A DNA stretch of 64,000 nucleotides from Eledone cirrhosa (Eukaryota), in assembly GCA_964016885.1 (NCBI GenBank), contig OZ024741.1, positions 333,684,001-333,748,000 on the forward strand, given 5' to 3'. Below are positions 28,190 through 41,574 of the stretch, piece by piece (the first letter of the stretch is position 1; each line of letters opens with the position of its first letter). Under the pieces are notes generated by a model, which was not told the DNA's origin, did not search any database, and saw only the letters and a list, made by a program, of their open reading frames with translations. The position numbers and the translations under genes were made by a program.

Positions 28190-29350
28190 CGATGATGGTG
28201 GGGTTTATGGTGTTATTAGTGATAGTGGTGGTGGTGGTGGTGGTGATTGTGGTGGTGGTAATGTTGGGGTTTATGGTGGTATTAGTGATAGTGGTGGTGT
28301 GGTGGTGGTGGTGATGGCGATTGCGATGGTGATTGTGGTGGTGGTGGTGATTGTGGTGATGATTGTGGTGGTGGTAATGTTGGGGTTTATGATGGTATTA
28401 GTGATAGTGGTGGTGTGGTGGTGGTGATTGTGGTGGTGGTAATGTTGGGGTTTATGATGGTATTAGTGATAGTGGTGGTGTGGTGGTGATGGTGATTGTG
28501 ATGGTGATTGTGGTGGTGGTGGTGATGATTGTGGTCGTGGTAATGGTGATGATGATGGAGGGGTTTATGATGATGTTAGTGATAGTGGTGATGGTGATTG
28601 TGGTGGTGATGGTGATGGTGACGGTGATGGTGAGGTTTATGATGATGTTAGTGATGGTGGTGATGGTGATGGTGGTGAAGGTGATGGTGTTGAAGGTGAT
28701 GATGATGGTGATGACTGTGGCGGTAGTAGTGGTGGTGGGGTTTATGATGATGTTAGTGATAGTTGCGATGGTGGTGATGGTGGGGGTGATGGTGGTGTAA
28801 AGGCGATGATGATGGTGTGGTTTATGATGATGTTAGTGATAGTGGTGATGGTGGTGGTGATGGTGGTGGTGGTTGTGGTGGTGGTGGTGATGATGGTGGT
28901 GGGTTAATGATGATGTTAGTGATGGTGGTGATGGTGGTGGTGATGTTAGTGATAGTGGTGATGGTGGTGATGGTTGTGGTGGTGGTGATGATGGTGGTGG
29001 GGTTAATGATGATGTTAGTGATGGTGGTGATGGTGGTGATGATGGTGATGATGGTGGTGGTGATGGTGATGGTTGTGATGGTTGTAATGGTGATGATGAT
29101 GGTGGGGTTATGATGATGTTAATGATAGTGATGGTGGTGGTGATGGTGATGATTGTGAGGGTGATTGTGGTGGTGGTGGTGGTGGTAATGATGAGAATGA
29201 TGGTGGGGATTATGATGATGTTAATGATAGTGGCGATGGTTGTGATGGTGATGGTGATGGTAATGGTGATGATGGTAGCAATGGTGGTGTAAATGGTGGT
29301 TATGATGGGGATAATGGTGACAGTAGTGGTGATGGTGATGATGTTGATGA
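28190..29350. repeat. (GGT)/(GAT) compound trinucleotide minisatellite
   Basis: The landmark GGGTTTATGATGATGTTAGTGATAGTGGTG recurs within GGT/GAT runs. Confidence 0.92.
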
Positions 29351-29528
29351 CCTTGCCAGTTATTTGGGGGAAGACCTTAAATTGTGTAGAACCACTTTGC
29401 AGCAGGCCCTTTGATGCAGTCTGAAGGATACAATATTGGAGAAATTTGTCTCATGAGAGAGTATTTGTCACGTTTCTAGTAATCTACTTGGAAACACAAA
29501 ATTTTAATAAAACTCTTGAAAGGCATTA

Positions 29529-29592
<64 letters not shown>

Positions 29593-29744
29593 CACTAAGG
29601 ATGCATGTGTGAATATGTGTGTTCTTTCTTGAACATGGCGGACCTTGTTGTCTCTTGAGGTCACTGGTTGTGACTTGGTGATAACTCGTATAAACATAAA
29701 GCAAGATAAATGCAAATAATAATAATAATAATAATAATAATAAT

Positions 29745-30252
29745 TTACCACATTCTGGGAAGTGGTATGAGCATAAGCCAGAGTCGGTGATAGAAAACGA
29801 TCAGGTGAAGGTGCTGTGGGATTTTAGGATACAGACAGACAAGAAACTGGAACACAATAGGCCTGACCTGGTGGTTTTGGACAAAGAAAAAAGATCGTGC
29901 CTGATTGTGATGTAGCCTGCCCATTCGACACGAGAGTGCAAGAGAAGGAGAGGGGGAAGATTAACCGATACCAGGACTTAAAGTGAGAGGTAAAAAGGAT
30001 TTGGAACTGCCATGAAGTTAAAGTGGTCCCGATTGTCATAGGCGCACTAGGTATTATCTCAAAAAGTTTCCAGGGATGGTTAAAGATAATTGGCCCCGCC
30101 ATGCTTTTTGGAACGCTTCAAAAGGCATGCTTGCTGGGAAGAGCAAGAACCCTCCGATACGTCCTGAATATCTGAGGCTGCAGGTAGGGGCTTGATATTC
30201 ATTTCAACAAACTTTCCAGTTAACAAACATCAATGACTGAGACTCAAAGAAC
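29745..30252 (+). mobile_element. Dong/R4-clade non-LTR retrotransposon 3' end in (AAT)n
   Basis: KWYEHKPESVIENDQVKVLWDFRIQTDKKLEHNRPDLVV...ACPFD...PIVIGALG...LQKACLLG.ARTLRYVL, a restriction-like endonuclease domain with a frameshift and a stop. (AAT)n lies on both sides. Confidence 0.92.
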
Positions 30253-30276
30253 AATAATAATAATAATAATAATAAT

Positions 30277-31076
30277 GATTTCTTTATTGGCCACAAGGGC
30301 TGACATCAAGAAAAACATTACAGACGGCACAGGATGGTACAGGACGGTACGATGTGGGTTTTGTGCGTGTAAATATTTTTATTATTTATATAAGAAAAGA
30401 AAAAAAAAAGGACATAGAAACATATATATATATAAACAATAAAAATGAAAATTGAAACAATGAAAAATTCCCCAATAGGGGGAAACCTCCGAGGGTTACT
30501 CGTGGCGAAAACCACACAAAAGACCACGGCTACCCTGACCACCAAGGCAAGCGCCCTCTCTCAATTTTTCCATTTCTCAAACTACAGACGTATATTCAGA
30601 GCGGTCCCGTTCACTTGGACCATTCTCGCTACATTCACCCACCTTTCAACAAACTTGCTAGAAAGCAGCACTTGCCTCTCCACCCTGATATTCCTCTTCA
30701 AGTGAAACTTGAAAAAGTTAATTAGGGATTCGCCGAAGAGGAAAGTGTCTGTCTTTAACCCTTTTAACCTTGTCCACCACACAATCTCTTTTGCCATGGC
30801 CACCAGGCAGATGAAAACCGCCTGCCCTTCCTCCTCGAAGGAAGACGGTAAGACCATCTGCACAATGGACTCAGTCGACAACCGGATCAGTCCTACACGC
30901 GACAGCAACTGTTCGACATAGCTCCACAAGTCAGCAATGCTCGGGCACTGAACGAGTGCGTGCACGACGGTTTCGTCACTCTGTGTGCATCTCGGACAGG
31001 CTCGGCTGACAGCACTTCTGTGCCTGTAGAGCTTATCTCGAACCAGCAGTGCTCCCCGGTAGCACTGCCAGGCCAG
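30277..31076 (-). mobile_element. Tx1/L1-clade LINE 3' end (zf-RVT C-terminus and 3' UTR)
   Basis: LAWQCYRGALLVRDKL...CPRCTQSDETVVHALVQC (CCHC) through track ORF 30582..30965; AATAAA then (ATT)n tail. Confidence 0.88.
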
Positions 31077-31084
31077 TAATAATT

Positions 31085-31440
31085 GATTCTACGTTTGGCA
31101 CAAGGCCAGCAATTACCCAGTGCATTACTGGTACTTTATTTTATCGACCCCGTAAGGATGAAAGGCAAAGTTAACCTCGGTGGGATTTGAACTCAGATAG
31201 CAAGGGCCGTAACTCTATGTGTCAAAGCATGGCGTCCGACCCTCTACTGATAATAATAATAATTGTTTCTACTTTTGGCACAAGGCCAGCAATTACCCAG
31301 TACTGGTACTTTATTTTATCGACCCCGTAAGGATGAAAGGCAAAGTTAACCTCGGCAGGATTTGAACTCAGACCGCAAAGGGACGTAACTATGCTGGAAA
31401 GCATGGCATCCGACTCTCTACCGATACTGCCAATCCACCT
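31085..31440 (-). mobile_element. Two tandem family A SINEs
   Basis: Two successive copies of GGCACAAGGCCAGCAATTACCCAG...GATGAAAGGCAAAGTTAACCTCGG...GAACTCAGA separated by (AAT)n. Confidence 0.9.
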
Positions 31441-31475
31441 CTACAACTCATCAAAGGTGCATGTATAATAATAAT

Positions 31476-31810
31476 AGCCCATTTGACACAAGAGTGCAAG
31501 AAAAGGAGAGGGAGAAAATTAACCGATACCAGGACTTAAAGTGGGAGGTTAAAAGGATTTGGAACTGCCATGAAGTCAGAGTCATCCCAATTGTCATAGG
31601 CACACTAGGTACTATCTCAAAGAGTTTCCAAGGATGGTTAAAGAAAATTAATCCAACCCCGCTTTTTAGAACACTTCAAAAGGCATGCTTGCTGGGAACA
31701 GCAAGAACTCTCTGACACGTCCTGAATATCTGAGGCTGCAGGTAGCGGCTTGATATTCATTTCAACAAACTTTCCAATTAAATAACATCAATGACTGAGA
31801 CTCAAAAAAT
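31476..31810 (+). mobile_element. Second Dong/R4 3' end
   Basis: PFDTRVQEKEREKINRYQDLKWEVKRIWNC...PIVIGTLG...LQKACLLGTARTL; same 3' UTR as the copy ending at 30250. Confidence 0.92.
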
Positions 31811-31814
31811 AATA

Positions 31815-31960
31815 ATTGTTTCTACTTTTGGCACATGGCCAGCAATTACCCAGTACATTACTGGTACTTTATTTTATCGACCCCGTAAGGATGAAAGGCA
31901 AAGTTAACCTCAGCGGGATTTGAACTCAGACCGTAAGGACCGTAACTCTTTGCTGCAAAG
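31815..31960 (-). mobile_element. SINE family A
   Basis: Same tail and core as the 31262 copy. Confidence 0.88.
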
Positions 31961-31984
31961 CAGTTACGGCCCTTTACGGTCGAT

Positions 31985-32320
31985 TAATAATAATGAAATC
32001 ATTGTGTACAGTGCTCAGATGCACTACAACTCATCAAAGGTGCATGTATAGTATATAGAATAATGTACAAATGTCAGGAAAGTGAACAGTGTATGAGTCA
32101 TGATATACATGTGTGTATGGAGAGGAGATATCAGGTGTAGTGTTGGCGAATTTCAGGAATCATGGAGGGATTAAAGGATGCAGTGTCTCAGCAGCTAACA
32201 ACTGATGCAGGTAGTTTGTTCCATGCTTCAGCAACTCTGAGCATGAAAAAATGTTTCAGAAAGTCATGGGAGTTGTGCTGTTTTCTGAATTTGTAGGCAT
32301 GCCCACGGGTGTTAGACATA
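31985..32320 (-). mobile_element. CR1 LINE 3' end (same family as 18226-19210)
   Basis: Collinear with 18250-18585, including the TRGHAYKF and AEAWNKLP coding segments and the 3' UTR. Confidence 0.88.
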
Positions 32321-33604
32321 TGGAATTAGTCCAGGATTGTTTGATATGGGAGTATCTAAAGGTGTAAAGGTTTGCTGATCTGTAAAGAAGTTAATATAAA
32401 GGCATGGCTGTGTGGTGAAGGAGTTTACTCCACAACCACATGATTCTGTGTTCAATCTCACTGTGTAGCACCTTGGGCAAATGTCTTCTATTATAGGTTC
32501 GGGTTGACCGATGTCATGTGAGTGGTGTGTATTTGATAGATGGAAACCGCAGAATTCTATTGTGTGTGTGTGTATGGACATGAAAACAACATAGTTGTCA
32601 TTAACAGTTTTAGCCGTGAGTTTACTATATATTCTACAGTAATTGTGCACAACAGAAATTTGCACTCACTCTAATAAACCCGCTTATGAATGTAACCCTA
32701 ACTGCTTTTCCTTCACTCTGCCATAGGTAGTGGTAAGTGGAGTTTTCTATATACGCTTTCTGTCTACGTGACTGACTAGCCATTACGAATAACATTTACT
32801 GTGGTATATTTGCATATGGTGTGGCACTTTAGTTTGATGCCGACTCGGCCATACAGTGTATTTCATTGGGACGTTGGGTTGCGTGACCGAACGTGAGGAC
32901 TTTGGGAGATAGCAGATATTGCGGACCTGTCTTACTTTCACTTTCTTCACTGGAGTGCCGGCTGTACATGTACTCTATTTTACTTCACCTCATCGTACTT
33001 TACTTTATTTTAGATTTAAGGTGTTTATTGCAGACTGCCTATGCGGAGAAATCCTCTGGGTATGTTTTGGAAACATAGTATTATATCACCTAAGGCTTGG
33101 AACTGGAACCAATGAATGGAGGGTGTTGGTATGATATAGAGAAATCGACCTGTTAGAAGGCGATATAACTTGAGTGCACCATCCTTACTATAGACAATCC
33201 TACATGTAAAGCTGCACCACAGCTAACCAACTTTTCTTTTCATGGACTCATGCTTGCAAGCCCTCATGCTCTGCCTGTACATCCTGTATTTGCACTGCTT
33301 GGGAGTTGATGTATCTATGCTTTGCTTTGTTTTTTTTGTTTTTTTATTTGTTTTTTTATCATGCTGAGTAACACCCTCACTCATTTCTTGCTATCCTCTC
33401 TCAACCTCCTTATCATCTATTGCACCATTTATGTGATAAATTTTTGATGTAATTTTTTATGACATTTTATGACATTATGTACATCATGTGTTGTGTTTTT
33501 CTATATAGCGCTGGCCTCGGGACCCCCCCCCCCTACTTGTCCCTTATCCTTGTTCTGGTGACTGAGCTTGATGGAGCCTGCAACCTTAGATATATTTTTG
33601 TTTA

Positions 33605-33654
33605 TAGACTCTGATGATTCCTGCCATAGGGTATGGATGAAACACTGTTAGCTA
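33605..33654 (+). ncRNA. Hammerhead ribozyme motif at the end of a probable Penelope-like terminal segment
   Basis: uagacu CUGAUGA u ucc ugcc auag ggua u gga u GAAAC acu GUU agcua, followed by AATAAA and then (TA)n about 45 nt downstream. Confidence 0.6.
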
Positions 33655-33919
33655 ATAAAACAATGTATTTCTTAGCTCTCTTTAGTTATTCCTAAACTTA
33701 TATATATATATATAAATGCCCAGATCAGAGAAGAAGATATAAGTGGAGAAAAGGCAGGTCAAACTAATTAATACAAGAGAGTTTCCCTCATGGACTTTGG
33801 CATAAGTTAAACTGTGTTTATTTATTTATATATATATATATAGAGAGAGAGAGATTGATTGATAGATAGATAGATAGATAGATAAGTATGCATGTATGTA
33901 TATATGTATGTTTAAATAG

Positions 33920-34240
33920 GTAGGCCCCTCATCTGTGATGCCACATGCTGTGACACCTACACTAGTGGCAACCTGGTGCGTTTGGCCACCAACTCAGGCT
34001 CTGCTGCCCGCCAAGCCAAAGAGGACAAACTATCCAAGTATCAGCCACTCTGGTAGGTTTATAGTAGAGCCTGTAGCAGTGGAAACTTCTGCCATTCAGG
34101 ACCACATCCCTACTCACTGTTATTGAAATGGAATTGGCTACCCACAGGTGCAAGCCCCACAAGGTGGAGTGGCTGTTTTAGTGCATATCCCATACTGTCC
34201 TCTGAGGCAATGTATTCTCCATCTTGTTGGTCAGGACCCA
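33920..34240 (+). mobile_element. CRE-clade retrotransposon 3' remnant
   Basis: GRPLICDATCCDTY..GNL.....GSAARQAKEDKLSKY / GRFIVEPVAVETS / GNVFSIL, with frameshifts. Confidence 0.7.
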
Positions 34241-36253
34241 GTGGCTGAGGCTAAGTTAGTTGGAGGTGGAGGATTCTCATTTTAACATCACTTTCTCTCT
34301 AATTCATCCAATCTAAATTTACAAATTGTTTTTATACTGATTGATAGTAGCAGTTTCTTTGAATCATTACATTAATGCAATGTAGTCATAGTAATGTTTT
34401 GTACTTTCCAAAAATGTCTTGCTAATGTAGAACGTTACAAGTTAAGTTGGTGTTTAGAACATGACATTCTAAAGAAGGGAGGAAGGGTCTATGCCAGACA
34501 GTGTATTTGGCTGTAAAACATTACCTCAAAAAAGACCCCATGTTGTGTATTAACCCTTTGCTAACAATATTTCTAATAAAAGACATTACCCATTGTTTTT
34601 CAAATAATTTTGAAAATAATCCATAATTTTGAAGGATTTATTAATATAACTTTCTTATTATTAAGCTGCCATTCAAAATATATCATAAAAGTTTACAGCA
34701 TAGAATTATGATAGGTTTTTAGATGAATATAAATATTCTAAAGTTAACAGTATTGTATCGAAGAACACAGGGCAGTTTCAGGTAGTTAGGTAGCATAAGA
34801 GTTCAAACAATTTTACTGATGCATAAAACAAACTACAGATTTTAAAATCCCGCATTACTTTTAAAAACACCCTGTATAATGGAGATAATTGATCTAACAT
34901 TTAGCAATAACTGAAAGGTCAACATGCCTCTAGATGGTTGTTCAAACAGCTAGAAATAATACATATCTCTCTCAACTTGCACCCTAGCAGCTTAAATGAA
35001 GAGAGGACACATCAGATAATGTGAAAGAATTAGTTGTACAAGTATAGCTTGACTTACATTGTTTCAAGTAATAATTTCGAGTTTTGTCATTTTTGAAGTT
35101 ATGGTGGTTTTTCTTAATATATTGCAGAAATAAACCTTGTGTCATGTCAATTGACTCAACTTTACATGTCTGCCAAAAATATTATACCATAAAAAGAACT
35201 AAAAAAACAATAAAAACATAAAATCACATTTAAATAAACGCTAAAATATACAGCATAAAGTAATGTTGGGAATGCCTGTTAGCGGATTATAGGGGGGTAG
35301 GTTTAATTCCATAGTTGTCATTTCTTTTACTTAGGTTTTGACTTCTGGAATCAATTAATGATGTAGGATGATGTGTATCTGTATATCAATTTGCTCTTTT
35401 AGTCAGACTGGCTGTATATTTGTTGATATCTAGAATATATCATATCAAATACTTAACCCTGTAACATTTAAACCGGGCATATCCAGCCAGAATTCTCTCT
35501 CCTCTTTCTGTTCAAACTAGCTGTAACTGGCTGCTGAGACTGACATTGAGGTATTCTTCTCAAAATAAATAATATCAAAATCTCGTAGATTTGATTTTAT
35601 GGGAGATAATTATGTGAGATAAAGCCTTTACTGTGAAAATACAATAGTAAATATGAAGTAATGTAAAGATGAACAAATATTGAATTGCCCTTGTTAATGA
35701 AAAATTCAGATTGGCTGCCAAAGTTTAAAATTGAAATTCATTTTTGCTTTGAGTTTGTCTAATCTTATATTATCAGGGAAGTTTTATTTGATTGATAGAA
35801 TTAGTACCAGTAACATTCGGGGAGGGAGGGAGGGATGTCGCTATTAAATGAAATTTTGGACAATATATTTTCCTCCAGAAAATTTTGCTTTGCACCAAAT
35901 CAAAATGAATTTAATATCATATGCATCATTACTTTAAGAAACTACTTATCATCACCCCAATACAATAAATTCTGAGATAATTTTCCAAAAATTGCAGAAT
36001 CCATAATTATATTTTACAGACAATCTCCACCACCCTAATATTAGTAAGACATTAAATGAAACAAAACTATTTCCGAGAAAAACTTTAGTGGCAAAAAAAA
36101 AAACAAAGAAACATACACAATTTTATTAAATTTTTTTAACCTTTCATAACTATATTCCTTATGAAATACAGTCTATTTTAATTAATTAATGAAGAATTTT
36201 GAAGGATTTACTAAAATTATTAATCATTTCCTTACAATGACAGTAATCTAATA

Positions 36254-36590
36254 CAATGGAACCTCGGTTCACAAACTTAATTTGGTCCTGAAGGCTGTTT
36301 GTCACCCAAAATGTTTGTAAACCAAAATTATTTACTAAATACGAAATGTTGAGAGAAATACAGAGAGAGCGAGAGATACACTGTGTGTGAAAGATAGGTA
36401 AATATAACCATAGCAACTAACTTCACAGCAAGTGACACTTTCCCGCCGATACTACCAGCTTGTCAGCAACCGTTATTGCCGGCTTGCATGTTCATAACTA
36501 AAGATACTGTTTGTCATCTGAGACATTTTAAAATTGTTTGTGAACAGAGGCATTCATGATGAGAGGTGTCCATGAACCAAGGTACCACTG
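36254..36590. mobile_element. Tc1/mariner (Tigger/pogo-type) MITE nested in a TTAA-family MITE
   Basis: TIR CAATGGAACCTCGGTTCA / TGAACCAAGGTACCACTG; TA on the left and TG on the right. The host MITE continues on both sides (about 36140-36712). Confidence 0.8.
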
Positions 36591-39134
36591 TGTATGGTTC
36601 TTATATGAATTTACATTGAAAGATTATAATTTAAATAAGAAACATTTTAAATGGGAGGTTTTGTTTCATAGACACAAAGCTAATTTAAGGCACATTGGTA
36701 TCAAAAGTATTAAAAAAGACATTTATTCCATGGAATAGATATTTCGAAACTGCCACACTTGCCAGGTTTTATCAAATCCACTTCTCTCTCTTCTCATCAT
36801 GATAGTATTACTTCGTGTACCCTTAAATTAGGTGATGAATTAGAAGTCATTTGAACAACAGATAGAATGCTTTGCAGCATGTTTCGGCTCTCTGCTCTCT
36901 GAGTTAAAATTCTGCTGAGGTTAACTTTGCCTTTCATCCATTCTATGCTAATAAAAATAGTACCATTCTATGTACTGGGGTAGATTCTTCCTCTATATAT
37001 TTTTCTCATTTCCATTCTCTCACTCTCTATCCTTCTTTGGAAGAAATCTGCTGTATTCAGAGCTGGAGAGGATTCGGTTCGATCAGGTTTTCAAAATGAC
37101 CTAGAAATACCATATGATAATACGGTGCATATGTTTATATTATGGGTACTTGGAATACTCAGTCATTTGCATATTATTTTCATGAGCAAACAGTTCCATT
37201 AAACAACTTCAACAACTGGAATACTCATCATAGCAACTGATGGAAGACAATTCCAATCAAGTTGGGTAAAACCTAAGGAATCAGTTCTGATGTATTCATA
37301 GATAAAGAACTTATTTTGACTTGGATCATTGAAGTTGAGCTTGTTATCTGTCTGAACTTTGTCCTTATATAAAATCATTTACATTGATCCTCCTTCAACT
37401 GAAAGCAATAACAGCAGCAATGTTAACTGTGTAAATTTTTTATTCCCTTACACCTAATTTAATAATATATGCTGACAGCGTTTAAACAATGTGTCACAGT
37501 TATTGTTAACTGTGAATTTATTCAGTCGAAGGATTTCATTATGATACAAATTGTATTGCTAAACATGAGTCTGACACACTTCATTCAAGAACGAAAATCA
37601 CAATATAGCATGATTAAAATGTAAAAATGTTTTTTTTTACATGCTCTTTCTGTAGATTACCATTGTATTCTTAACAATAACTTCGGTTTGGTTTACAAAT
37701 CAATTGGAATTTAATTTATTGTAAACTTGTGCTAAAAGAAATTTATGTATTTTTTACAGAAGTTTAACTAGTTTAAAGGAATAGCTAAACAGCAAAACAG
37801 TTGAACTGCTTCTCACAGTTGATTAATAGAAAATAATAATAATAATTGTTTCTACTTTAAGCTCAAGGCCACCAATTTAAAGGGAAGGGGAAAGTCGATT
37901 AAATCAACACCAGTGCATTATTGGTGCTTTATTATATATATATATATATACACACACACACATCTGCTTTTATTAGATTCTGTGATCCAATTGGAGATCT
38001 CTGTATTTTTATCATTTTCATACCAAACTGCCTGAAGCCGCCCTTGGAACCACAACAAAAGCTATTTATTTTAAAATGTTTATATTTATCTATAATGCTT
38101 CCATCATCATTTTATGCAAGAATCTTTAAGTTATGCTTCAAATGCTCCAAACATCAACTTAATTATGTGATTATTTTCAAAATTATTTGAATTTATAGGC
38201 AGTGTCTTTCACTAACTCTTAACATAATGTGCCCTATGAAACAACATTAGCAAGACAATTTTGAAAAGCAGAAAACACCAGTGTGACTCTATCACATTAA
38301 AAATTGAAGTCTTTATTAAGGACTATATACATCAAATTTCCACAACACTCTTAGAACTATTAAAGATACAATAAACATTTGAATTAACAAACTGGTTTTT
38401 TACATATTATCACAGAATGTTATAATTTTAAAATATGGTAAGAGAAGAGTTTAGAGAAATATTTCATGTTGATATTTAGATGAAAGTTGCTAAAAGAGTT
38501 GTCCAGAAAGGCTCTTGTCTGCTACTGATACAATGTAATCCAATACAACTTTCTTCATGGCTGAGTGATTAGTGACTAGACCAGCTCCCCACCAGATCAT
38601 GGTCTAGTGAGCTGGAACCCCAGCAGCACAAAAAGCAAGAGCTATTAAAAAGGGCTGATGAACTCTTCAGAGTGAATGACCATCCACCAAAACTGTGGGT
38701 TAAATGACCTCACTAATCCACAATTGGCCAAGCATGGTGGCTACAGCTACACCCCGGACATGACTAAAACCAAACAGAAAGCAGTGGAGGTCAATCAGGG
38801 AGGGGTTCCACTAACAGGAGTGGGGAAGCCCTGGATTGGATTGGATATCAAGTTTAATGAAAAAAACATACAATTCTGAAAGAAGAGAGATTGTTTGCAG
38901 TGTTTACATTAGCCATCTCGTTTCCTGTTTTCTACCATCTATTATGTTTAATCTGGAATAAGTCAGCCTCTCACCCACCCCTCTTTCTCTCTCTGTATCC
39001 CTTCATCTCACTGTCTGTCTGTCTCTGTCTGTCAGACTGTCTCCAAACATCCATCGACTAAAATCTGGACTATCTGCTAATCTGATGATGACTAACTTCC
39101 CTCTCTACTTTTCATTCTTAATCATGCTTTGTCT

Positions 39135-39190
<56 letters not shown>

Positions 39191-39205
39191 TACACACACA
39201 CACAC

Positions 39206-39253
<48 letters not shown>

Positions 39254-40254
39254 TCACACAAATATATAAGTATATATATACAAATATAAATATATATATA
39301 CAAATATAAATATATATATATATATGATGATGATGATGATGATACACAAATATATATATATATATTTGCACACACATATATACATACACCTGCATCATTT
39401 TACGGGTTATTGCATATATATATATATATAAATATATATATATATATGTATGCATGTATGTATATGTGTGTGTATAACTGTCTCTTTTTCTCCCACTTTC
39501 CCTCTCTCTCTCTCTCTATCTTTCCATTACCAACTCATCTGTTCCATGAACAATACTCCACAATTGTTATTAAAATAGCCACATTAATAATTAATTAATC
39601 AGCAATAGAGCAAATAATTACCTGCTTTGATTTCTACACATTTTATACATGCACACACACAGGCGTATATATATATACACATACTCACACATTTATATAC
39701 ACATACATATATATACATACACAAACACATGCAGATATGTATATATATATATATATATATAATTGTACATCAGTTGATGTAGAATATCTGCTATCTACAA
39801 GGAGTTACATTTACTCCAATGTTGATTCAAATAGATAGCTGTGTCTTTTTTTATTTTTCATTTTATCTTTTTTTGTTGTTTTTTTAAAATATATATATTT
39901 CAAAGGAAGCAGTATGGTGCCTATGACTCCATATAAGGGCTGTAAGATGAGTGAAAAAAAAACAATTTATTCTCAGAATGATGACCTAAGAGTATATATA
40001 CTGATGACCTGACCTGAAGCAATTCATAGATTAGAGGAGGTGTTGAACTATTGTGATTGATTTGATTATGACTACCACCAAAAAACAGAAATAATCCCTG
40101 TGATCAGCTTCCACACAGTTTCCATCTATTAAATTTCAATCACAAGGTTCTTGTGGACTCAAGGCTTTTGTATTAGGCTCTTGCCATTTTTGATAAATGA
40201 CTGATAAGTTTCAGGAAGCCAGTACAATGCAGTAGAAATATATAAAGGGCAATG

Positions 40255-40670
40255 GATGACAAATAAAACAAAGTAAAGTTTTACCCATTATATTTCAATT
40301 ATGATATTTCAGGGTTTTACCCTCTTTTCAAATGTAGAACAAAAACAGTTCAAAAACAAAATCCACAGATCGATGTGTTCTTTCCTAACTGGTCTACATG
40401 TCTGAAAAACGAATGCATTGCGGTGTTATAGTAGCCAATCCACTCCGTGCATTTCTGATCTATTATTTATTTGTGGCTTTTTCTTGTTGATGATAATGGC
40501 CTCTTTGATTCTTAAATTTCTCACATTCCTTTCCGTCACCTCTGTGGTGATCTCAATGTCTTCACTGCAGTTTCTGTTAAGTTATTTTTTAACAGAAGAA
40601 GCTCTCGTCATGTGCTGCTTGATCCATGTGTACAGCATCCAGATAGTACTTCTGATGTACTAGACTACAT
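40255..40670 (-). mobile_element. Penelope-like element 3' remnant: GIY-YIG endonuclease C-terminus and decayed hammerhead
   Basis: Minus strand 40665-40426 reads V*YIRSTIWMLYTWIKQHMTRASSVKK*...RNLRIKEAIIINKKKPQINNRSE. Downstream, at 40334-40301, is UUGAAAA g aggg uaaaa cccu GAAAU AUC. Confidence 0.75.
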
Positions 40671-40847
40671 TGCTTACATATTTATTGTTACAGCTAACTC
40701 CTATTGTTTCATAGGATGTATATTGAAGTGTTTTTTGTGAGAAGGTGTCCCAGTCTTATAGCAGTTGGCTGTGCTTCAAACTTTACCTGAAACCATACAG
40801 GTGCAAAGCAAACTTCTTAGTCACACAGTGTTACTACACCAATAATA

Positions 40848-41020
40848 ATTGCTTCTACTTTTGGCATAAGGCCAGCAATTACCCAGTGCATTACTGGTAC
40901 TTTATTTTATCGACCCTGTAAGGATGAAAGGCAAAGTTAACCTCGGTGGGATTTGAACTCAGATCACAAAGAGCTGTAACCATGTTGAAAACCATGGTGT
41001 CCAACTCTCTACTGATACTG
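40848..41020 (-). mobile_element. SINE family A
   Basis: Full tail-core-head match in reverse orientation, with (AAT)n on both sides. Confidence 0.88.
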
Positions 41021-41574
41021 CTAATAATAATGTTATTACATACAGTTCTACATATATTGACAACTACCTCCACCAGCAGCAGCGCAATGGATGATGGAAT
41101 ATAATGAAACATTGTTCAGATTGGAATACTAGGCTGCTGGTAAGCTGAACAAAATGGTGGAACCAAATCATTAACTTTGAATCAAAATTTCATGACTCTT
41201 GTGTCTGGAGCAACAGCAGTGACAACAATTTTCATGATGATAATCATAATGATGATGATGATGATGATGAAAGGGTGATGGTGATACGAATCATTATAAT
41301 GGTTTCAGGAATTATTGGTTGTGGGTTTATAGTCAGTATCAGTGTTTTTCAGCTGTTTTTGTCCCAAGCCCTACTTCAAATAAAAAAAACAAAAACATGC
41401 TGCCTGCTCCAGCATGATAGGACAAAGTTAATATATGACATAGTATATACACTACTGTTCTACCAAAATATTTGTACATGATGGGACAATATTGATAAAT
41501 AACATAGTGTATATTCAGTGAGTGAAGAATGCTATGCAGAAAAGGACACACCCAACCCATGCAAGCATAAAAAA

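Noticed and set aside
38650-38695. CTGATGA ACTC TTCA GAGT GAAT, hammerhead-like
   Set aside because: Stem II is good, but GAAU replaces GAAA and no clear stem III, NUH triplet or stem I follows.
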